Source: Chiloscyllium plagiosum (lineage: Eukaryota). From it: a stretch of 64,000 nt of DNA. The stretch spans positions 52,594,254-52,658,253 of the forward strand of contig NC_057718.1 in NCBI RefSeq assembly GCF_004010195.1, written 5' to 3'. How positions within the stretch are numbered: position 1 is the stretch's first letter; the number at the start of each line of letters is the position of its first letter. The notes under the pieces are model-generated. The model worked only from the letters and a program-made list of their open reading frames with translations. It was not told the DNA's origin and did no database searches. Positions 11,946 to 25,611 of this stretch are shown one piece after another. Made by a program: the position numbers and the translations under genes.

Positions 11946-13227
11946 AGCTGTCTATGTTGAAATGTAACAAAACCTGGATTATATCCAGGCTTGTACTGAT
12001 AAGTGGCAAGTAACATTTGTACCATACAAATGCCAGGCAATGACTAACTCCAATAAGAGACAATCTAACCACCACTCCAGACCTTCACTGAATCCCCCCT
12101 GACGACATCCTAAGAGTAACTATTGACCAGAAACTGAACTGGACCCATCATATAAATAGTGGTTTCAACAGCAGGTCAGAGGCAAGGAATACTGTACCTC
12201 TGACTCCCCAAAGCCTTTCCACCATCTGCAAGGCATAAGTCAGGAGTGTGATGGAATACTCCCCAATGCCCGGATGAGTTCAGCTCCAAAATCATTCAAG
12301 GTGTTTGGCATCATCCAAGACAAAGCAGCTTGCTTGATTAGAGCAACTTTCACAAAGATCTATTCTCTCCACCATGACACTCAGTTGTAGAAGAGTGTAT
12401 CATCTACAATTTGCATGCAGAAACTCACCAAGCCTCCTTATATAGCACTATGAAACTCTTGACCACTCCTATCTAGAAAGAGAAGGGTAGCAGGTATATA
12501 GGAACACCACTACCTGCAATGTCCCCTCCAAGCCACTCACTGTTCTGACTTGGAAACATATTGCCATTCTCTCAGTGTCATGGGGTCAAAATTCTCTAAC
12601 TTCCTCTCTACTGATATTGTGGGCTTATCTGCAGACATATATTGTGACAGTTCAAGAAGGCTGCTCACAACTACCTTGTCATGTGCAACTGGGGATGGGT
12701 AATAGATGTTGGCCCAGTCAGTAACACCCACATCACATGAACACGTTTTAAAAAAGAATTTTGGAATCATTACTCTGCCTACATCATCCGGCTACTGTGG
12801 GGATGTACTAGTACTGTAATAGGTGTGTTTTGGATTTAGTTCCTAAAACACTGACTTGTTCACCAGCTATGTACCAACTCTGGTTTCTCCATTACGATGG
12901 GATGTGATGGTAGAGAAATATCATATCGGTAGCTTAATTGATCAGATTGAAGCAAACATTTCTGTACAGTTATCTGAGCTGAATGAGTTTTACTCATTAA
13001 GACAGTGTTACATATCAAGACATTATGGCACTAAATATCAGCTCAGGCAAAGCCTCGAACATGACCATCTCCTCGATATCCTCTGAATGCAAATGATTTC
13101 TAACATGATTTCTTCATATAATTGAAGCAACCAAATTGGCCACATCAGATTGCCTCACTGGTTTGACATTAGCAAAACAATAAATTCAAACTCAATTGGG
13201 TTTTAGTATCCTGGTGTATAATTTAAA

Positions 13228-13448
13228 TTGCTGAAAATGTGTTGCTGGAAAAGCGCAGCAGGTCAGGCAGCATCCAAGGAGCAAGAGAAAAGACATTTCG
13301 GGTATGAGCCCTTCTTCATTCCTGAAGAAGGGCTCATGCCCAAAACGTCGATTCTCCTGTTCCTTGGATGCTGCCTGACCTGCTGCGCTTTTCCAGCAAC
13401 ACATTTTCAGCTCTGATCTCCAGCATCAGCAGTCCTCACTTTCTCCTC
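13228..13448. mobile_element. Penelope-like family A, inverted terminal insertion
   Basis: Arms of ~90 bp meet at the hammerhead. TSD gtataatttaaa at 13216-13227 and 13449-13460. Confidence 0.9.
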
Positions 13449-14921
13449 GTATAATTTAAACTGATTGGTTAAATTCAAATTGTTGTCAAAACAGCAATCA
13501 AAACTCAGATATCCATTACACAGCCAAATTTTACGTATTTTCAATTTTCTAGTGCACTCTAGGACTGCCAACTAGTGATATACTTAGGTGCTTGTAATCT
13601 CTCAGTTCAGATCAGAATTCACTCTATCTTAAAGGTATAGTGCACACTTGCAACTTCATATTACTATGAATTACATCTTTTATGTACAAAACTATTTCAA
13701 TTTATGTAAGATATTCAGTTCCACAGTTACTTATTATATTGGTCTGACTTGCTCCTACATAGAAAGAGTTGTATGTGTAAAGTTGTCATAATATTTTTGA
13801 CAGAAATACCAAGTGAATATTCATAACCTTTATTTACCTTACGTTTTTGCTTACCATCTATACTTGTGTAAAGTTTGAGTTTCTGAGACTAAAGTTTCAG
13901 CCAAAAGATAGGGAGCTGACTTTTATACACATTACAATTTTGAGGTCTTGAAAGTGATGATAGATCTTTGCAATAGCTGGACTGTGAATAAAAACACCGG
14001 CCCTGGTTGCTGACCATGGTACTGAATTTATCAGGGAACAGCTGTACCGAACTCTCTACCAGAATGTTTTGAATAAGAAAAGAGCAATTGTGAAATAAAA
14101 GATTCACTGGACTCTTCCCACCAAACCAGCTCACAAAACTGGCACAAGGTACATAAGAACTGAAGGATTTTGGTGGCCAAAAATAAGAAGTCAACTCTTA
14201 CTCAAAATTGATCATAATTGAGTAGATAAATACATTCTTCCTAACACCTTCCCAAGTCTGGTGATATCACAACTCAGTCATGTTGCCTTCATCAATTTCT
14301 TTTTTTGGGAAATGGATGCATTTGGTTGTTAGGTGAGGCGTTAATTGTTTGCACCAGAGGGATGCTTATTCATTCCCTTACTCCCTGATTTCAAGCTCAA
14401 AAGTCATCAAAATGAAACTTCTGCTGTATCTTGTGCTATAGGTTTAGTAAGATTGCATGTCAATTGCATTGTCATGATATTTTTGATGAATTACATACAA
14501 AGTATCAGTCTCCATCTTTCAGAATCAGCTTGCAATATAACCCACTGAGAAAGTGCGTTACAGGTTAGATCTAACTTGCTTTGTTTGAGCCTAGACATTC
14601 AAGTGCCTGTGTTTGCAAAGTATACGAAGATATCAGGAACTGTAATAAAATTCTATTCAGTCTTTCAGTATTAAATCACCAATGACTCATTCTTATATTA
14701 TGCGAGTAAATATCCTACTGAGAGTTAAAAAGACCATCCCTGTATGGAGGAGATCATGAGGGCAGTACAGATCTGGACCATCTGATTGTTCTTTATAAAG
14801 AAAGACTCCCAAATCCCAGCTATCACATGAATGTATATTTCAAAGCCTTACGTGACTGTTTCACACTTTAAATGGATGCTGGACGGAATTACTGTAACTA
14901 AACTTGCAACAAAACTCACAA

Positions 14922-15232
14922 GGTAAAAACAATGACTGCAGATGCTGGAAACCAGATTCTGGATTAGTGGTGCTGGAAGGGGGGAGGGGATGAAGGTGAT
15001 AGGTCAGGGAGGAGAGGGTGGAGTGGATAGGTGGAAAAGGAGATAGGCACATAGGACAAGTCCGGACAAGCCATGGGGACAGTGCTGAGCTGGAAGTTTG
15101 GAACTAGGGTGAGGTGGGGGAAGGGGAAATGAGGAATCTGTTGAAGTCCACATTGATGCCCTGAGGTTGAAGTGTTCAGAGGCGGAAGATGAGGCGTTCT
15201 TCCTCCAGGCATCTGGTGGTGAGGGAGCAGCG
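14922..15232 (-). mobile_element. Penelope-like family A-related 3' fragment
   Basis: Minus strand encodes the GIY-YIG C-terminus (LEEERLIFRL*TLQPQGINVDF) followed by the ccagcatctgcagtc tail. Confidence 0.85.
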
Positions 15233-16443
15233 GTACCTGCCATGTACAAGGTGGGAGGTGTTCTCACGCGTAATAGTGGTATCTATGTCCACAATCTGAC
15301 ACGTCTTGCAGAGCCTACCGTGACAGGGTTGTATGGAGTTGTCCTGCAAGACATGTCAGATTGTGGACACAGATACCACTATTACGCGTGGCAGGTACTC
15401 ATGTGACTCAGCTAATGTTGTCTATCTTATACGTTGCAGGCAAGGATGCCCGGAGGTATGGTACATTGGGGAAACCGAGCAAAGGCTATGACAATGGATG
15501 AATGAGCACTGCACAACAATCAACAGACAGCAGGGTTCCCTCCCAGTTGGGGAACACTTCAGTGGTCCAGGACATTCAGCCTCGGACCTTCGGGTGACCA
15601 TCCTCCAAGGTGGACTTCGGGACAAGCAGCAGAGAAAAGTGGCCGAGCAGAGGCTGATAGCTAAGTTCGGTACCCAAAGGGAGGGCCTCAACCGGGACCT
15701 TGGGGATATTCCTACACACACACACACACTCTCACATACACACGGACACAGGTACACACAGACGCGGACACAGACACCCACACACACCCTTATAGACACA
15801 TGTACCTCCTAACAGACTTAAGACACTCTGCACTCACTACACACACACACACACTCTTTCTCACACTCACAGACAGACACACACAGATAGACAAAGACCC
15901 ACATGCACACACATATTTTGTGGGGTGAATTCGTACTTGCAGAGTTACATTGTACTTTGCTCAAAAACTGAATGCATTCATGTAGAACTCTGAGCTCAAA
16001 AACTGCATGAATTTATGTAAAACTCTGTTATCTCACTTTTTAGATTAGAATCAATCTAAGCATCATGGCATAGACAGAGAACACAGGGGGCCAACACCTT
16101 CAACATATTGTCTAGCTATCACCATTGTTAACAGCTAACCTGAGAATGTAACTTTAAAAAAAATGTTTTGTGATTTACACATGAAAGAAGTAAAACTATC
16201 ACTGTATTCTAACAGATGAAGGGCTGAACAGACAATCAATTTTTCAATGTATAATTTCAGTTACATCACACTGCAAATTTTTGCTATAAATTCTGTGTTA
16301 CGATCGAGCCCTCCACTATCACCTGATGAAGGAGCGTCGCTCCGAAAGCGAGTGTGCTTCCAATTAAACCTGTTGGACTATAACTTGGTGTTGTGTGATT
16401 TTTAACTTTGTACACCCCAGTCCAACACCGGCATCTCCGAATC
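15233..16443 (+). mobile_element. Penelope-like family B 3' portion (GIY-YIG pseudo-ORF, CA-rich 3' region, hammerhead, tail) with 5' inversion
   Basis: CKTCQIV...SANVVYLIRCRQGCPEVWYIGETEQRL*QWMNEH...PVGEHF...AEQRLIAKFGT..GLN. Segment 15233-15345 is inverted relative to 15345-15400. Confidence 0.9.
16320..16354 (+). ncRNA. Minimal type I hammerhead motif, family B; probably inactive
   Basis: CAC-CTGATGA-A-GGAGC-gtc-GCTCC-GAAA-GC-GA-GTG. The conserved U16.1 is replaced by G. Confidence 0.7.
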
Positions 16444-17539
16444 ACTCCTTCGGGTTGATATGGTTCCTTACATTTCTGATGATGCAAGATTGTAAATTTA
16501 GAATCTTGAAGCATTAGCACATTAATGATTCATAAATTAAACAGTAATGAGATTTTAACCCAGATTTTCTGAAAAGTTCCAAACCTAAAGTTAAATTTTG
16601 GAGTGCTTTTTTGAATGAACAATGAAAGACAGAATTGGTGAACACAAAGTTTCTGATAGGTCTGTATTTCAATAAACATTAACAGGAAATCAAGAAGTTA
16701 GGTGCAGAACAGTTGTGGAACTGGATACAAACCCTGTCCTTCTGTACTTTTATACTTTGAACCCGAAAAAGTTCTTTGGTAAGCTTATTTATACGTTTAC
16801 TTTGCACAGTCTGAAATAGTAACATTGTCAACTGTTCCAGAGCGTTTCTCTATTACTGCATTAGGCACTCCATCACCTTAAATAAATCATTCATATATGC
16901 TCGCACAATACAACAGTAATGAATAACAGCTGCTAAATTGATAAGAGCCTTATTGCATGCCGAGTGGTGCAGTATTTGGTAATTAGAAATCAGCCATATT
17001 AGTGGAAAACTCTGGTTATGCTGCAAATTTGCAACCCCATGATGTTTTCTTCGATTTGTCCCTATCGTCAAAGATTCCAAAAATGTAAGGATTTGTCAAC
17101 ACAGTCATGTCATATTTGGTCCGCAGTGTGGAAACTGGAGCAGTTTCCAGCATTGTAAGCCTTTTATCCATGTTTAATACCTGTCATCACTCTTCTAGAG
17201 ATTGGAGCAGTCTGTATTCTTTCCCTTCTGCATGGACTTCAGTGAATGAAACAGATAACTGGAGGAATATGTGCCAAATGATATATGCATAGCAGTGTTC
17301 CCAAATCAGGTCTAAGGGGAAGTGGTGCCTACAGCAAATAGAAAGCCTGAGAAGTCAAAGTTGACTTTGCTAAAAGCACCGTGTTGTGAACCTGCTACTT
17401 AGTATTTTGCTTTCCCTTTCCAATTTCCTAGATTCCAGCAATAAGAATATGAGTGTCGGTATGACCTGGAATGAAGTAAGGGTTTATCCCAAATAGTATA
17501 ACAGAATCACCCATCTTGCTGACCAAGCATAATAATAGC

Positions 17540-18795
17540 GACATTTTTTATGCATTTGTGGGACATGGGCATTGCTGGCTGGCCAGAATTTATTGCCTAT
17601 CCTTAGTTTTCCTTGAGAAGATAGAAGTGAGCTGCCTTCTTGAACTGCTGCAGTCTGCATGGTGTAGGTTGATCCACTATACCACTGGGGAGGGAATTCC
17701 AGGAATTTGACCAGCAACAGCAAATGCACTGTGATATATTTCCAAGTCAGGATGGTGAATGGCTTGGAGGGGAACTTGAAGGTGATGGTATTCTTATATA
17801 TCTGCTGCTCTTGTCCTTCCAGATGGAAGTGGTCACGGGTTTGGAAGATGCTGTCTCAGGATCTTCGGTGAATTTCAGCAGTGCATCTTGTAGATAGTAC
17901 ACATTGCTGCTACTGAGCATTGGTGGTGGAGGGAGTGGATGCTTGTGGATCAGTGCCAATTCAGCAGGCTGCTTTGTCCTGGATGGTGTCAACTTCTTGA
18001 GTTGGAGCTGCAACCATCCAAGCTTGTGGGGATTATTCCATCACACCCCTGACTTATGCCTTGGAAATGGTGGACAGGCTTTGGAGAGTCAGGAAATGAG
18101 TTACTCGTGACAGTCTTCCTGTCCTCTGATCTGCTTTTGTAGCCACTGTATTTCTGTGGTGGGTCCAGTTGAATTTCTGGTCAATGATAACCCTCAAGAT
18201 GTTGATAGTGGGGCGTTCAGTGATGGTAACACCACTGAATGTCAAAGGGTTGTGGTTAGATTGTCTCTTATTGGTGATGGTCATAGCTGGGTATTTGTGT
18301 GGCACAAATGTCACTTGCTACTTGTCAGCCCAAGCTTGGATATTATCCAGATCTTGCTGCATTTGAACATGGACTGCTTCAGTATCTGAGGAGTTGCAAT
18401 TGGTACTTAACATTGTGCAATCATCAGAGAACATCCCCACTTCTGACCTTATGATGAAGGGAAGATCATTAATGAAGCAGCTGAAGATTGTTGGGCCTCG
18501 GTCACTACCCTGAGGAACTCCTGCAGAGATGTCCTGGAGCTGAGATGCCCATGTGTCAGGTTTGATTCTAACCATTGGAGAGTTTGGCCCGACTCCCACT
18601 GATTCCAGCTTTGCTCGGGCTCCTTAATGCCACACTCGGCCGAGTGCAGCCTTGACGTCAGGGGCTGTCATTTTGACCTCACCTCTGGAATTCAGTTCTT
18701 CTGTCCATATTTGAACTTAGGCTTTAGTGAGGTCAGGAGCTGACTGGCCCTGATGGAATCCAAAAATGCTGTCACAGAGCAGGTTAGTGCTGAAA
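17540..18795 (-). mobile_element. CR1-group LINE family 2, 3' 1.25 kb
   Basis: GVPQGS..GPTIFSCFINDL...GMFSDD...QQDLDNIQAWADK in the ORF track. 3' tail lies at 17540-17600. Confidence 0.9.
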
Positions 18796-18810
18796 ATAAC
18801 CTTTCTACTC

Positions 18811-19819
18811 TGTTAAGAGTCCAGGAACGAAATGGTTAAGTTTTGGATGTTTCAACTTCAAATCATCTTCCTCACAATAATGAGCACAGAAGCAAAGACA
18901 ACTTGGAAATCTTTTGGTTTAAATATGAGGAGGCTTAAAAACAGTGTTACCACTCAGGGATAGCAAATCAAACCAAATCAACCTTACTGTCACTGAATTT
19001 GCAACACAGTGAAATTAAAATATTCAATTTTTCTCAAAATTGTCCATTTGTTCCTAACCACACTTCATGAATAACACATCTTGAACATCAAGTTTATAAC
19101 TTTAACAAAATTTTACAATTTATCATTAATACCCCAACTTTAGCAGGATATAAGTGAACAAGAAATTAATCTAATTAACATATTTGATTCCAACATAATC
19201 TTCTTTGAGCATACGCCCCATTCACAAACATACAGAGAGACAGACAGACACAGTTAAAGGATAAATTAGAAAGGAAATTTTAAAAAGTTGTTATTTGCAA
19301 GACCAGTTTAGCAGTTTCAAATGACGGATGTCATGCAATCTTTGGATAATGTCTATCGGAAAACTCTCTATCTAAGTTCAAAGTCACCGCTGAACACATA
19401 TGATTGAGTATTTACTTATTTCTTACAGACACAGCAGCCAGTCCCAAAGTTTCCAAAATGACTCTGTACTGACAAAATCACTGAGAATCAGGTTTTAATC
19501 ACTCCTTTTCTTTTTAGATCAATTTTCTCTGTGGATGGCTGATGAGCATCTGTCCTCCTTTGATTGACCAACTCAACCTCTAAGTAGCTGCCAGCCCTTG
19601 GCATGGCAACATGTATTGCTGAATTATCCACACAATTTCATTCATTAGTGATTCAGTCGCACTATCTTGCTGACCAGTTACAAATAGCAAATATTTGTGT
19701 TTGTTTTCTTCAGTTTTAAATTGCTCAGCTGTTCAAAGTTCAACTAACCCTAACCTCAACTCACAGTTCCAGCAAACAAAAGAGAACACAAAAAAGAAAC
19801 AGTGAGGGTCTCGACAACA
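18811..19819. mobile_element. Possible solo LTR
   Basis: TGTT...AACA termini, ~1 kb, non-coding. No TSD found. Confidence 0.3.
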
Positions 19820-21171
19820 GTGTACTTAGCAAAATGCCGAGGACAGCTCAAGAAAGTTTCCAAAAATAATATTGAAGCACAGATGGTAGGAGAAGATGGG
19901 TAAACTTACTGAAGCACTCCATCTTTCCTTAAAATTGACAATGATTTAAATAATGAGTGGAAACCTATCAGAGACAACTTCTGGTTACAGCCCTTTTCCC
20001 ATTTCACCCAACAACGAAATAGCAAAATCCCTAGGCTAATCACAGAGAAAATGAATATTTTATTCATGAAATTCAGCTATATGTGGAAATAGTCTTGCTA
20101 TAAAATAACAGCCTGCCTACATTCTGTATCATTCAGTTTTCTCACAATAAGGTAAAAAGAATAGTCATTTACAAATCGAATTACAGGCATAGCTTAATGA
20201 CACCATGGGCAGCAGTTTTTGCATTGTATTTTTTTATTAAAATGTGTACAGGGAAAATAGAATACCAATGGAAATGTGCCAGTGTGTTATAGGCCCAATT
20301 GTAGTGCTAAGTTATAGGTGGTGTTTCCTGTCTAAAATGGGTCAAATTAATTAACAAAATGAAGTTAAGGTTTTATTAAAGAACCAATCATGAGAAAGTT
20401 GATCTGAATTATGTGTGGGGATTGGGGATTGACAAGGAGAGGTAAAGCCATTAAGTCGACATTAGATTCTCTGGTAGTCAGCTGAAAGAATATTTCCACA
20501 CCAAGCATTCATTCAAGAGCTTTTGCTGGTTATCTCTTCATACAACAACAGCAGTTCACGTGAGGTAGCCCCATGTGCACAGATAATAGTAAGGGCAAAA
20601 TTATCAGAATAAACTGCTTCAGGCAGATAAATACTTTGCAGCCGTTCAGTTAACTGGACATAATAGAGAAGCAGCAGATTATGGGAGAAGGCATGGCTCA
20701 AATGCTTGAGTTGGGAACTGATTGGCAACAATATGATGAGAGGATCACTACATCCTGAATTGTTATGTAGAGTTACGGTAATACCACAAAATAATGTGTG
20801 TCACCTTGATTGTTTTGTCCACCTGCTGTTTGATTTTTATTTCTATACTTATTACAGCCATTAGAAATTTGTTAGGAATGGAAATATGACCAACAGAAAG
20901 GAACAATACGCACTCACACTTCGGAACATTATCAATCCCGTAATGGTTAACTTAAGTCTTGTTTTGCTGTCTGCATTGTTACATACACTTTAGCACCATT
21001 TCATTTTCCAAACTGATTATTTGCCCTTATTTCAGGATATCATTTATGGGGTGCATGACACCATTAGTGTGCCTATAAGCAATATTATATAACAAGTTAC
21101 AAAGGTCTATTATTGTCTTTAAATTGAAATCTGCACAACCTGTCGGGCAGCACATTTGTTCAGTGGAGATT

Positions 21172-21431
21172 GGAACGGTGCTCAATGGTTAGCACCGCTG
21201 TCTCACATTGCCACGGACCTGGGATCAATTTCACCCTCGGGCGATTGTTTGTGTAGAGTTTGCACATCTTTCCCATGTCTATGTGGGTTTCTTTTGGGTT
21301 CTCTGGTTTCCTCCCACAGTCCAAAGGTATGCAGATTAGGTGGAGTGGCCATGCTAAATTGCCCATAGTGTCCAGGATTGTGCAGGTGAGGTTGATTAGC
21401 CATGGGAAATGCAGGGTTTCAGGATTAGGGT
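21172..21431 (+). mobile_element. HE1-type V-SINE (older copy)
   Basis: Similar to 11633-11850. Confidence 0.88.
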
Positions 21432-22280
21432 AAAACAAAGAACAATACAGCACAGGAACAGGTCCTACGGCCCTCCCAAGCCAGCACTGACACATTTTGT
21501 CCTTTTACATTAAAACTGTCCTCACTTACAGGATCCATATTCCTCTATTCCCTTCCTGTTCATGCATTTGTCTGGGTGCTTCTTGAATGCTGCTACTGTA
21601 TTTGCTTCCACCACCTCCTTTGGCAGTGTGTTCAGGCACTCACTACCCTTTGTGTGAAAAACTTGCCTCACACTTCTCTTTTAAACTTCTCCCCCCAACA
21701 CAGCTTGAGCCTGTGTCCCCTAGTAATTGACCTCTCCACCCTTAGAAAAAGCCTCATACTTTCCACTCTACACATGCCCTTCACAATCTTACAGACTTCT
21801 ATCAGGTTGCCCCTTAATCTGCTGCATTCCAGTGAAAACAAAGTCATTCCTGTCTATCCAATCTTCCTTCATAGTTAAAATCTCCCATACCAGGGAACAT
21901 CAAGGCAAACTGACTCTGTACCCTCTCCAAAGCATGCACATCCTTCTGTTCGTGTGGTGACCAGAATTGTATGCAATACTCCAAGTGTAGCCCAACTAAA
22001 GTTCTATAAAGCTGCTGCATAACTTGCCTATCCTTATACTCAAATGTCCCTTTCAACAAAGATAAGCACACCATAAAACTTTTTTACTACCTTATCTACC
22101 TGCACTGCCAACTTCAGTGACCTGTGGACCTGCACACCTATTCCTAAGGGTTCTGCCATTCATGGTAAAATTTCCACCTTTACTTGACCTTATAAAATGC
22201 AGCACCACACATTGGTCCAGATTAAACACGATCTGCCATTTTTCTGCTTATGCCTCCTGCTGTATCCTCTGACAACTCTC
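21432..22280 (-). mobile_element. CR1 LINE 3' fragment
   Basis: FEYKDRQVMQQLYRTLVGLHLEYCIQFWSP...ALERVQ. Tail aaacaaagaac. Confidence 0.9.
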
Positions 22281-22479
22281 ACTTCCTTTATTTTCACAGG
22301 GAATCTGTCCCTGCATATAAATGTGTATCACTTCCAGAATACACAAATGAGTCACTTTATGAGTGATAAATGTAAATTGGTTATAAGTTTAGTTGTCAGC
22401 ATGCTCAGGATTGCTCAGCGTGTGCTGGCCAATTGCAGAAGTACATCCAATGAAAGGGATGGTGAGACAATTCAGTGAG

Positions 22480-23480
22480 AAGTCAACTGCGGATGAAACA
22501 ACTTGAAAAAGAGTATTAGAAATGATAATACAATCTTGAGCTTGAAAAGAGAAAACACACTTCAAACAGAGGAGAAAGATAAAGAAAGAGAACTTAAGAA
22601 GTTAAAGTGTGAATTTTCAGCAAGGACAAAGCACAAAATGAGAACATCAGCTTAGACGACTGTAACTTAAAAAGGTCTACAATATTGGCGAATATTCAAG
22701 AGCAAGGTTTTGAGTCTCATCCAAGGCGCATTGGGGAACTGTTTAAATTTGTATGAGCCCTCCTAAAATTTGATTCAAGGGACGCTAGCGCACTGTAATT
22801 TCTTTTAAAAAGATAGCTAAACAGGAGGTGGAAAGATAGCTAAGCAAATGAAGTAGCTGATAGAAACCTAAATATTCCTCGTGCAAAGCATGGGATGAAC
22901 TCACAAAACATATGGTTTTTTTTCTGAGGAGGCTTCTATTGATTTTGAGGCAGTGGAAACAAAAGGACTACTCCTGATGCATATGAATTGGTCCCTGCAG
23001 ATTAGAGACAGAAATGTCAGTACGCAGGAACAATATTGATGAAAGAAGTTAAAGCAAAATAACTTCAAGCATTGTCTGTGAGCATTAAAGTACTTATGAG
23101 ACTTTAGGAAGGTTCTTCTCCTTATAAAAAAATAAAAATGACTCTGCCCACTGTTAAAAGTTCACATTTATCTTAATTAGTAAAGGAATTAGGGTTGTAG
23201 CTTAAAGGTAGGAAAGTGGAGTTTAAGACTGTCAAATCAACCATGATCTCGTTGACTGACAGAGAAAACGTGATGGGCTGAATAGCCTAATTTTGCTCTT
23301 GTGTCTTATGGTATTATGGTCTAAAGATTACAACAGAAAGACAGGCAGCAGCATTAGCTGACAGCGCTGGCCCACAAATCTGAACCCACAAACCTGAAAG
23401 GGATAAAAAATGAGAAGGTGAAAGGAAGGCGAGTAACCAGGCATGTGAAGGAATAACTGGAAAGGCCACCAGCATTTGCC
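22480..23480 (+). pseudogene. Gypsy (Gmr1-like) gag relic, interrupted by a CR1 tail at ~23175-23322
   Basis: Broken frames read LFKFV*AL.KFD...SFKKIAKQ...SEEAS.DFEAV...AYELVPAD*RQK and, after the insert, TERQAAALAD. Confidence 0.7.
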
Positions 23481-23559
23481 CTTAGCACTTTCTTTCCTGG
23501 CCTCAGGAGGAGAAGTGTTGTACTTTTAAGTGCATCTTTCAAGATGGTTAGCCAACAAC

Positions 23560-24115
23560 TTGGGATGGTTTGGATTGTCAGTGTTTTCTCAAAATGGGAG
23601 GGGAGCCAAATATTGGACGGTCCATTACCCATCCTGGCTCTTTCTGCCTTATTGTGAATTGTTTTCTCTTGCAATAAGAGAAAAGAAGGGATTAAGTGAG
23701 ATAAAAATAGCTAGTACATCTGTTAGTGCCTGCACAATAGGAATGAAAATGATGAGTTGTCTTAAGAGCAGGGTTAGACATATGGTGAGTTGGGATCAGC
23801 GAGAGCAAAGATGCTGCATGCAGTAGTGAGGGTGGTAGAGCATGAAACTTGGAGAGATGGGGGTGTGGCAGCAGAGATAAAATGGGCATGAGGTGGCAGA
23901 AAGCAAATGATGGCATATACACTAGCAGATCACAAGAAAGTCATTGACGTCTTTTGCCATTACTGTGTGTTCCTCCAGATGGTTGAGACCACACTGACCT
24001 AGCTGGCAACCTCAGACCAGGCTGGCACCATCTGGTATTGTGGCCTTGTCTAGCAGTCCTTGGAAAGAAGACAGCCCTCCACTACACCATCCCATGCACA
24101 AAGACCTCCAAATGC
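23560..24115 (-). pseudogene. Harbinger Myb/SANT-like gene relic (two exons)
   Basis: Exon 1 LEVFVHG...PAWSEVAS...DVNDFL (~23930-24115). Exon 2 EKTIHNKAERARMGNG (~23560-23668). Confidence 0.65.
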
Positions 24116-24805
24116 CTGTACTTTAAGTGGGATGACAAACTCCCTTTCTCTGCAATGTCCAAAGCGAATGTCACAAACTGTGCAGGGCAACTCAGGATTA
24201 ACACTGCTTGTCTGGGTGCACAATGGCCTTCTAAGGATACCACCATGCTAATGCAATCCAAGACACCCAGTCAGTGGTGATTTCTTCCAGCTATGGTGAG
24301 TGGTAGAATCAGAAAGGTAATGGACAAAAGGAATGCCAGGGGGGACGGAGTAGGTAAACAATGAGGTGAGATTGGGTGATAACTTGAGAAAGTTTGCTGG
24401 ACCTCACTAAGAGAAATGCACCATGTAAGTCAACAAAATTGACACAGAACCTAAAAAAAGTAAGCTATTTGTCTTAATATGTCTGTATCTGTGTGGTGGG
24501 ATGACTCACAGAAGCTGACAAAGTAGCTCAAGAACACCTTGTATTCCTTACCAAAATAGATTTATTCAAGGATATTGGCATGTGCTTTTAAAATCAGAGC
24601 TAAAGAAATAACATCCCAGACAGTTTGTTCCTAAAAATTGCAAACAAAATGCTGTGAACTTTAGAAATTTTAAATAAAACAAAGTATGCTGTAGAAATTC
24701 AGAAATAGACTCACCTTCATCCCAAAATGCAAAATATCTTTTTCTCTTCACAGAGTTCAGTTTCTTCAGGATTGTCAGTCATTTTCAAAGCTGAGTGGAG
24801 CAAAT

Positions 24806-25030
24806 GGGTGGCACGTTGGCTCAGTGGTTAGCACTGCTACCTCACAGCACCAGGGACCCAGGTTCGATTCCAGCCTCGGGCGACTGTCTGTGTGGAGTTT
24901 GCACATTCTCCTGTGTCTACGTGGGTTTCCTCCGGGTGCTCCGGTTTCCTCCCACAGTCCAAAGATGTGCAGGTTAGGTGAATTGGCCATGCTAAATTGC
25001 CCATAGCGTTAGGTGCATTAGTCAGAGGGA
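24806..25030 (+). mobile_element. HE1-type V-SINE, truncated by the gap
   Basis: Closely similar to 11633-11840. Confidence 0.93.
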
Positions 25031-25611
25031 NNNNNNNNNNNNNNNNNNNNNNNNNNNNNNNNNNNNNNNNNNNNNNNNNNNNNNNNNNNNNNNNNNNNNN
25101 NNNNNNNNNNNNNNNNNNNNNNNNNNNNNNNNNNNNNNNNNNNNNNNNNNNNNNNNNNNNNNNNNNNNNNNNNNNNNNNNNNNNNNNNNNNNNNNNNNNN
25201 NNNNNNNNNNNNNNNNNNNNNNNNNNNNNNNNNNNNNNNNNNNNNNNNNNNNNNNNNNNNNNNNNNNNNNNNNNNNNNNNNNNNNNNNNNNNNNNNNNNN
25301 NNNNNNNNNNNNNNNNNNNNNNNNNNNNNNNNNNNNNNNNNNNNNNNNNNNNNNNNNNNNNNNNNNNNNNNNNNNNNNNNNNNNNNNNNNNNNNNNNNNN
25401 NNNNNNNNNNNNNNNNNNNNNNNNNNNNNNNNNNNNNNNNNNNNNNNNNNNNNNNNNNNNNNNNNNNNNNNNNNNNNNNNNNNNNNNNNNNNNNNNNNNN
25501 NNNNNNNNNNNNNNNNNNNNNNNNNNNNNNNNNNNNNNNNNNNNNNNNNNNNNNNNNNNNNNNNNNNNNNNNNNNNNNNNNNNNNNNNNNNNNNNNNNNN
25601 NNNNNNNNNNN
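25031..25611. other. Assembly gap
   Basis: Run of N. Confidence 1.

Larger units (their letters stand above)
9121..12755 (+). mobile_element. Near full-length, degenerate CR1-group LINE (family 2): tRNA-like head, APE endonuclease, RT, 3' tail
   Basis: APE-like start near 9720 (KSSLL...GELSHRLVRQQP). RT motifs LDIKTAFD, GLPQGGALG and MFVDD. Tail cacatcacatgaac. Many stops. Interrupted by two Penelope inserts and an HE1 SINE. Confidence 0.85.

Noticed and set aside
11479..12075. 198-aa ORF
   Set aside because: Antisense read through an HE1 SINE and LINE; no protein-like features.
13322..13349. Active hammerheads at 13322, 9481, ~10937 and ~39855
   Set aside because: Each has a core or stem I lesion (G12 to A, loss of the 1.1 pair, or a broken GAAA/CUGAnGA).
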